This document shows positions 58,273 through 64,000 of a DNA stretch of 64,000 bases, in pieces. The stretch is from NCBI GenBank assembly GCA_951406725.2, contig OX597815.1:34162001-34226000 (forward strand), given 5' to 3'. A program made the position numbers and the translations under genes. Origin of the DNA: Octopus vulgaris. Lineage: Eukaryota. The notes under the pieces are model-generated. The model searched no databases. It was not told the origin of the DNA and saw nothing but the letters and a program-made list of their open reading frames with translations. The stretch's first letter is position 1. Every line of letters begins with the position of its first letter.

Positions 58273-58280
<8 letters not shown>
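57785..58280 (-). mobile_element. Non-autonomous Helitron-like element
   Basis: Minus-strand 3' end cccgagcaacgccggg hairpin shortly before terminal CTAG followed by T; inserted in (TA)n. Confidence 0.7.
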
Positions 58281-58362
<82 letters not shown>

Positions 58363-58712
58363 AGGGAAGTTATTTCCGAGTCCACGAGGGAGAGAAGTTC
58401 AATTTAGTGGTACTAAAATGTATTACTCACATATATATAGATAGTAGGTTTAAGACACAGAATCACCCTCGAGCAACTCAATCATCATTGAAAGACATTA
58501 TCCACGATAAGACTAAATATTAAAATTATCAAAATTAATACCTTCAATTCTTATTTTAAATCATATACTTTACATTATATAGACTACGCACATTTCATGA
58601 CAACATATTCCTCGATATTGCTGAAATAGAAGGTCTCGAAATACAATATATAGCTTCAGGCGACCGACCCAAGCCTTGTGGGTGGTAGACGGAAACTGAA
58701 AGAAGCCCGTCG

Positions 58713-59156
<444 letters not shown>

Positions 59157-59277
59157 AAAAGTGTAAATAATTTTTCCGTGGTCTTTTAGACAACCAACAA
59201 TTATTTACAGGTAAATTTCGTTATGTAAATATGACTTTTAGCGTCAGGAACTTCTGTAGAGTTCAGTATATATAGTA

Positions 59278-59740
59278 AATATAATTAAAGGGGCAGGCAA
59301 CAGGTTGCTCTGCCGCATACCGAATGAATTAGAAATGGCAGTCAAAGACTGTTTATTTACATTTTCTACAAGTGGAGACTCCATATACGACATAACCCTG
59401 CGATTCACATACGCAAAATCGGAGTAGCAAATAAACGAAAACAATCTCTTACCGTTAATGGTGAACATGTTTCTAGATCGCAGGATCTAGAAACATGTTC
59501 ACCATTAACAATCTCTTACCGTTAATGGTGAACATGTTTCTAGATCGTACGATCTTGAAACATGTTCACCATTAACGGTAAGGTATTGTTTTCGTTTATT
59601 TGCTACTCCGATTTTGCGTATGTGAATCGCAGGGTTATGTCGTATATGGAGTCTCCACTTGTAGAAAATGGAAATAAACAGTCTTTGACTGCCATTTCTA
59701 ATTCCTTCGGTATGCGGCAGAGCAACCTGTTGCCTGCCCC

Positions 59741-59750
<10 letters not shown>
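59278..59750. repeat. Large near-perfect palindrome (~200 bp arms) with duplicated hairpin tip
   Basis: Mirror ORFs 59244-59468(-) and 59562-59819(+) share the same N-terminal peptide; two tips tctagatcgcaggatctaga and tctagatcgtacgatcttga. Confidence 0.95.
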
Positions 59751-59811
<61 letters not shown>

Positions 59812-59844
59812 ATGTATGAATGTATGTTTTCTTTAAATGTATAT

Positions 59845-60720
59845 AACAAAACGAAACACCATCTCAAAATACTACCGTATATATCAACTCACAACCCTAG
59901 AAACAATGAGGCATACAGCCAGCACTATTGTACAAAATCTACCAATACTCACCAGGGGTTCAAAAATGAATAACATTCTGACAACACAAATTCATCAAAT
60001 GTAAAAAGCAATCCAAATCGCTGAAAAGTCTTCTGACAAATGCAGCCAGGAATTCAATGGTTAAAAAACGTGGACGTCCAAACTATGGAACATGGCACAA
60101 CGCACTTGAAGGCTCGGAATTCTAGTTAAAAAAAGGTGAGATGTTCACAATTAAGACCAACTTTACTTGTGCATCCGAAAATTTAACGTATATTATAACT
60201 TGTTCAGGTTGTGGATACAACTATGCAAGACAGACAAGCATGTCACTTAGACAGAGAACCACAACACATAAGGAACAGATCCGTTTCACAAAGTATAGAC
60301 AGATACATTTCAGTGAACGCATAGAGAGATGTGCTGGAAGTCTGCTACCAAATTTCAGTTTTCCCCATCTACCAGTGCAAAGAAACCGTTTCTGTACAAG
60401 AACGTTTAAATAAAGAAAATGTATTTATCAAAAAATACAGAACACGCCTAAATATGAACGCATAATCAACTTTTAACTCATGATCACATATCTAGCACTG
60501 CTTTAGCTTATGAGTTTTTGTATGTTTATCCCACCCCCAAAATGAGCAATTACCTTTCCTGTCCCGAGTAATAACTATCACCAATTACCTCCCCTTAGAT
60601 TTTTCTACTTGATTAATTCACAAACTTTCAGACAATAAAATACGAAATTACAACAATTTCAATGTCATGATTAGCGAAAGCGAAACCAGTCGACAACCAT
60701 AATACTCTTTCATTTAAAAT
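59845..60720 (+). mobile_element. Penelope-like element 3' remnant: GIY-YIG endonuclease pseudogene plus degenerate hammerhead (60663-60695)
   Basis: LPYISTHNPRN; FTCASENLTYIITCSGCGYNYARQTSMSLRQRTTTH; tgtc-aTGATtA-gc-gaaa-gc-GAAAC-ca-GTC-gaca. Confidence 0.8.
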
Positions 60721-60756
60721 ATATTAAAACTATGTAAATTGTGTGAAATTTCCTTC

Positions 60757-60951
<195 letters not shown>

Positions 60952-62548
60952 GTGTATATATGAGTTCAATAAAGGCAACAACGCGACGGAAAGTGCGAGG
61001 AATATTAATGCAGTATATGGGGATCGGACAATAAGCGTAAGCCCGTGTCAACGGTGGTTCAAAAATTCCAAACCAGAAACTACAGCCTAGAAGACGATCC
61101 TCGTCCTGGAAGATCTGTAGAGCTGGACGAGGACGTTCTACAAAATATGATGGAACAATATCCCATCGTAACTAGTAGAAAACTCATATGTCACGCTCTA
61201 TGTCACGCTGGTGAGACCCATATTGGAGTACGGGATTCAAGCCTCTTCTCCTTATCTCCTCAAAGACATACAGCATCTCGAAAGAGTCCAGAAGCTGGCT
61301 ACCCGCATGGTTCTTGGTCTCAAGCATTTGTCTTATGAAGAAAGGCTGAAGACGCTCGACCTTTATTCTCTAGAAAAACGACGACGCCGTGGTGATCTCA
61401 TTCTCGCTCACAACATCATAAGCGGAAAGTGTAACCTCTCGAAAGAGCTGTTCTTCACTCCTGCTCCGGAACGTCAGCTGCGGGGTCACTCCGAAAAGCT
61501 CTATCTGCGATGATTTCATCTCAATCGAAGGAGAGGGGCTTTCTCCGTCTGGGTTGCGGATCCGTGGAATAAGCTGCCGGACGAGATAGTAAAGATGCCG
61601 ACGACCGCTCGGTTCAAAGTCTCCCTTGACCACAAGTGCCCTGAACTCTTTGTATGAACACCATCCTGTACATAACTCCATGTCCCCCTACATGGCCTTG
61701 GTTTTGCTTTTTGAGCCAAATAATTAACTAACTAACTAAAACTTGGATTTTGCCATTCAACCATTCGTCGACACCTGCGTGCTATCGGAAAAGTCTACAA
61801 ATTGGGTCAATGGGTTCCTCATAAACTTTCCGAGTCTAATCGCGGACAGAGAGTGAATGTATACTCTTCTTTGCTGTCATGTCTCAACAATGAGCCTTTT
61901 TTGGACCAAATAGTGACTGGGGACGAGAAATGGGTTCTCTATAAAAATGACAAGCGCCAAAGACAGTGGGTAGGCAAAAGAAAAACACTGGCATCCCAGG
62001 TTAAAGAAGGTCTTCACCCACGTAAGTTGTTATTAGCTGTTTGGTGGGTTTAGTCCACTTTGAACTTTTAAATCCAAACCAAACGATAACAAAGTAGATC
62101 TACTGCGAGCAGCTTGAGCGGCTTAAGCCAGCGCTAGAGGAAAAACAACCATCTTTGGTTTCAAGACGAAAGGTGTTCTTCCATCAGGATAATGAGCAGT
62201 CACATACAGCGAGGATGGCATCCTAAAGGCTGGAATAGTTTGAATGGGAAACGATGCCACCACATTAGCCGGACATTGCTCCATCTGATTATCATTTATT
62301 CAGCCGTCTTTAGAATCATTTGGACGGGAAAAATACGAATTCTGCAGACGAGGTCAGAACAGTACTGGAAGAGTATTTTTTTTGTTACGGACAAGTGAAT
62401 TTTGGAAGAGAAGCTAGATAGATGGAAGGGCATTGTACAAAGTGAAGGGGGGTATATTTTAGATTAAAAAAGGAATTTTGTTTATCTTAATTTTGAAAAG
62501 TAAAAGAAGTATTAAAAAAACCCACATTATCTATAAGATGACCCAATA
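60952..62548 (+). mobile_element. Mariner DNA transposon, degenerate transposase, interrupted by CR1; right TIR retained
   Basis: YEFNKGNNATESARNINAVYG..QRWF, SLEDDPRPGR, WVPHKL, VTGDEKW, HQDN, PDIAPSDYHLF; right end cattatctataagatgacccaata followed by TA. Confidence 0.9.
61188..61740 (+). mobile_element. CR1-clade LINE 3' fragment, near identical to 26547-27192, (AACT)n tail
   Basis: RPILEYGIQASSPYLLKDIQHLERVQKLATRMV..; one premature stop at ~61511. Confidence 0.9.
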
Positions 62549-62552
62549 TATT

Positions 62553-62850
62553 CGACGGGCTTCTTTCAGTTTCTGTCTACCAAATCCACTCACAAGGCTT
62601 TCGTCGGCCTGAAGTTATAGTAGAAGACACTTGCCCAAGGTGCCATGCAGTGGGACTGAACCAGGAACCTAGCCTGCGACATTCCGACATTTGACGCGTG
62701 GTACACATTGCACTCGTTCATACAAGGTTGATTTGATGGAAGGAGTGAGCTAATGTACAACGCATATATTTGATCGCTTTAAACAAATCATTTGTCCTGG
62801 TCGTTCGGCTAAAGCTGAACATACGTCATCTTCGATGGGAGAGTCCCTCT
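62553..62850. mobile_element. Adjacent fragments of SINE family A (minus) and family E (plus)
   Basis: Homology to other copies in window. Confidence 0.65.
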
Positions 62851-62895
62851 ACCTCCCACCTTCATATGTGTGTGTGTGTGTGTGTGTGTCTGTGT

Positions 62896-62935
<40 letters not shown>

Positions 62936-63348
62936 TTATATTTGTGTGCGTGTATGTAAAGTAGCGATTGATTACTTAGAAGATGTGAAACATCTCATCT
63001 TATGTAAAATGAAAACATCATTGGGTAACTGCTTCGAAACCGAAAACTGTTCACAGATTATAAATCTATATCTGTAACCATAAATCACTGATGCATTTGG
63101 CGAAGTTATTAAGTGTCTCAGTGACACTGTTGAGTGTTAAAGTAATAAAGTTAAACAACGTTGTAACATGTAAATTCGCATATATTCAACGTTACGTTTT
63201 ACTGTTGGTTTGATACATTAATTCCAATGCTAGAGCATTGATTCTTAGGTGCCAGCCGCATCTTTAGAGGACGTTATCAAAGTACTGAACAGTGGAAGGA
63301 ATGCAAATACACAGATGTACCAACACACAAAACACACACGCACGCACA

Positions 63349-63409
<61 letters not shown>

Positions 63410-63487
63410 ACACACACAGACGCACACATAGATGCCGGATCCCCGAGAACGATTTCAATAAAATATGATAAAAAAAGATAATATAGT

Positions 63488-63714
63488 ATCTACTCATTTA
63501 CTTGTTTCAGTCATTTGACTGCGGCCATGCTGGAGCACCGCCTTTAGTCGAGCAAATGGACCCCAGGACTTATTCTTTGGAAGCCTTATGCTACTTATTC
63601 TATCGGTGTATTTTGCCGAACCGCTAAGTTACGGGGACCTAAACACACCACCTTCAGTTGTCAAGCGATGTTGGGGGGACAAACACAGACACACAAACAT
63701 ATACACACACATAC

Positions 63715-63745
<31 letters not shown>

Positions 63746-63888
63746 CATATATAGGACGGCCTTCTTTCAGTTTCCGTCAACCAAATCCACTCACAAGGCT
63801 TTGGTCGACCCGAGGCTATAGTAGAAGACATTTGTCCAAGGAGCCATGCAGTGGGACTGAACCCGGAACTATGTGGCTAGTAAGCAAG
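63488..63888 (-). mobile_element. SINE family A
   Basis: Reverse complement of 1637-2048. Confidence 0.88.
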
Positions 63889-64000
63889 ATACTTTATTTC
63901 AAAAATTTTGCCATAAAGGCATGACACAGAGTAGTTTGGGGGCTGGACAAAAACACTGATGAGGTGAATGATGAAAAAAAGATGATATTAATAGGAGAAG

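Noticed and set aside
58582-58660. Minus-strand ctgaagc..GAAATGTGCGTA
   Set aside because: Core and stem I too degenerate; truncated by a SINE fragment
63953-64000. CTGATGAG near the window end
   Set aside because: No pairing stems visible; cannot be evaluated

Overview
AT-rich, gene-poor eukaryotic DNA saturated with microsatellites and retroelements. The SINE families and repeat style suggest an octopod cephalopod genome (inference, not verified). No host protein-coding gene could be supported, and almost all ORFs in the track are microsatellite or SINE artefacts. Recognisable elements: at least five tRNA-headed SINE families; R4/Dong-type RLE retrotransposons in (AAT)n tracts; CR1, RTE and L1/Tx1-type LINE remnants; a mariner transposase pseudogene; a non-autonomous Helitron; and Penelope-like element (PLE) remnants. 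Three signals stand out. (1) About nine minimal type-I hammerhead ribozyme motifs in 64 kb, several inside short non-coding fold-back cassettes in (TA)n tracts, some sharing a non-canonical purine-purine pair at the base of stem II. (2) A SINE family forming head-to-tail multimers with the same junction at three independent loci, consistent with insertion into its own tRNA head. (3) A modular SINE with one head and four alternative tails. All structures were read by eye and coordinates are approximate.
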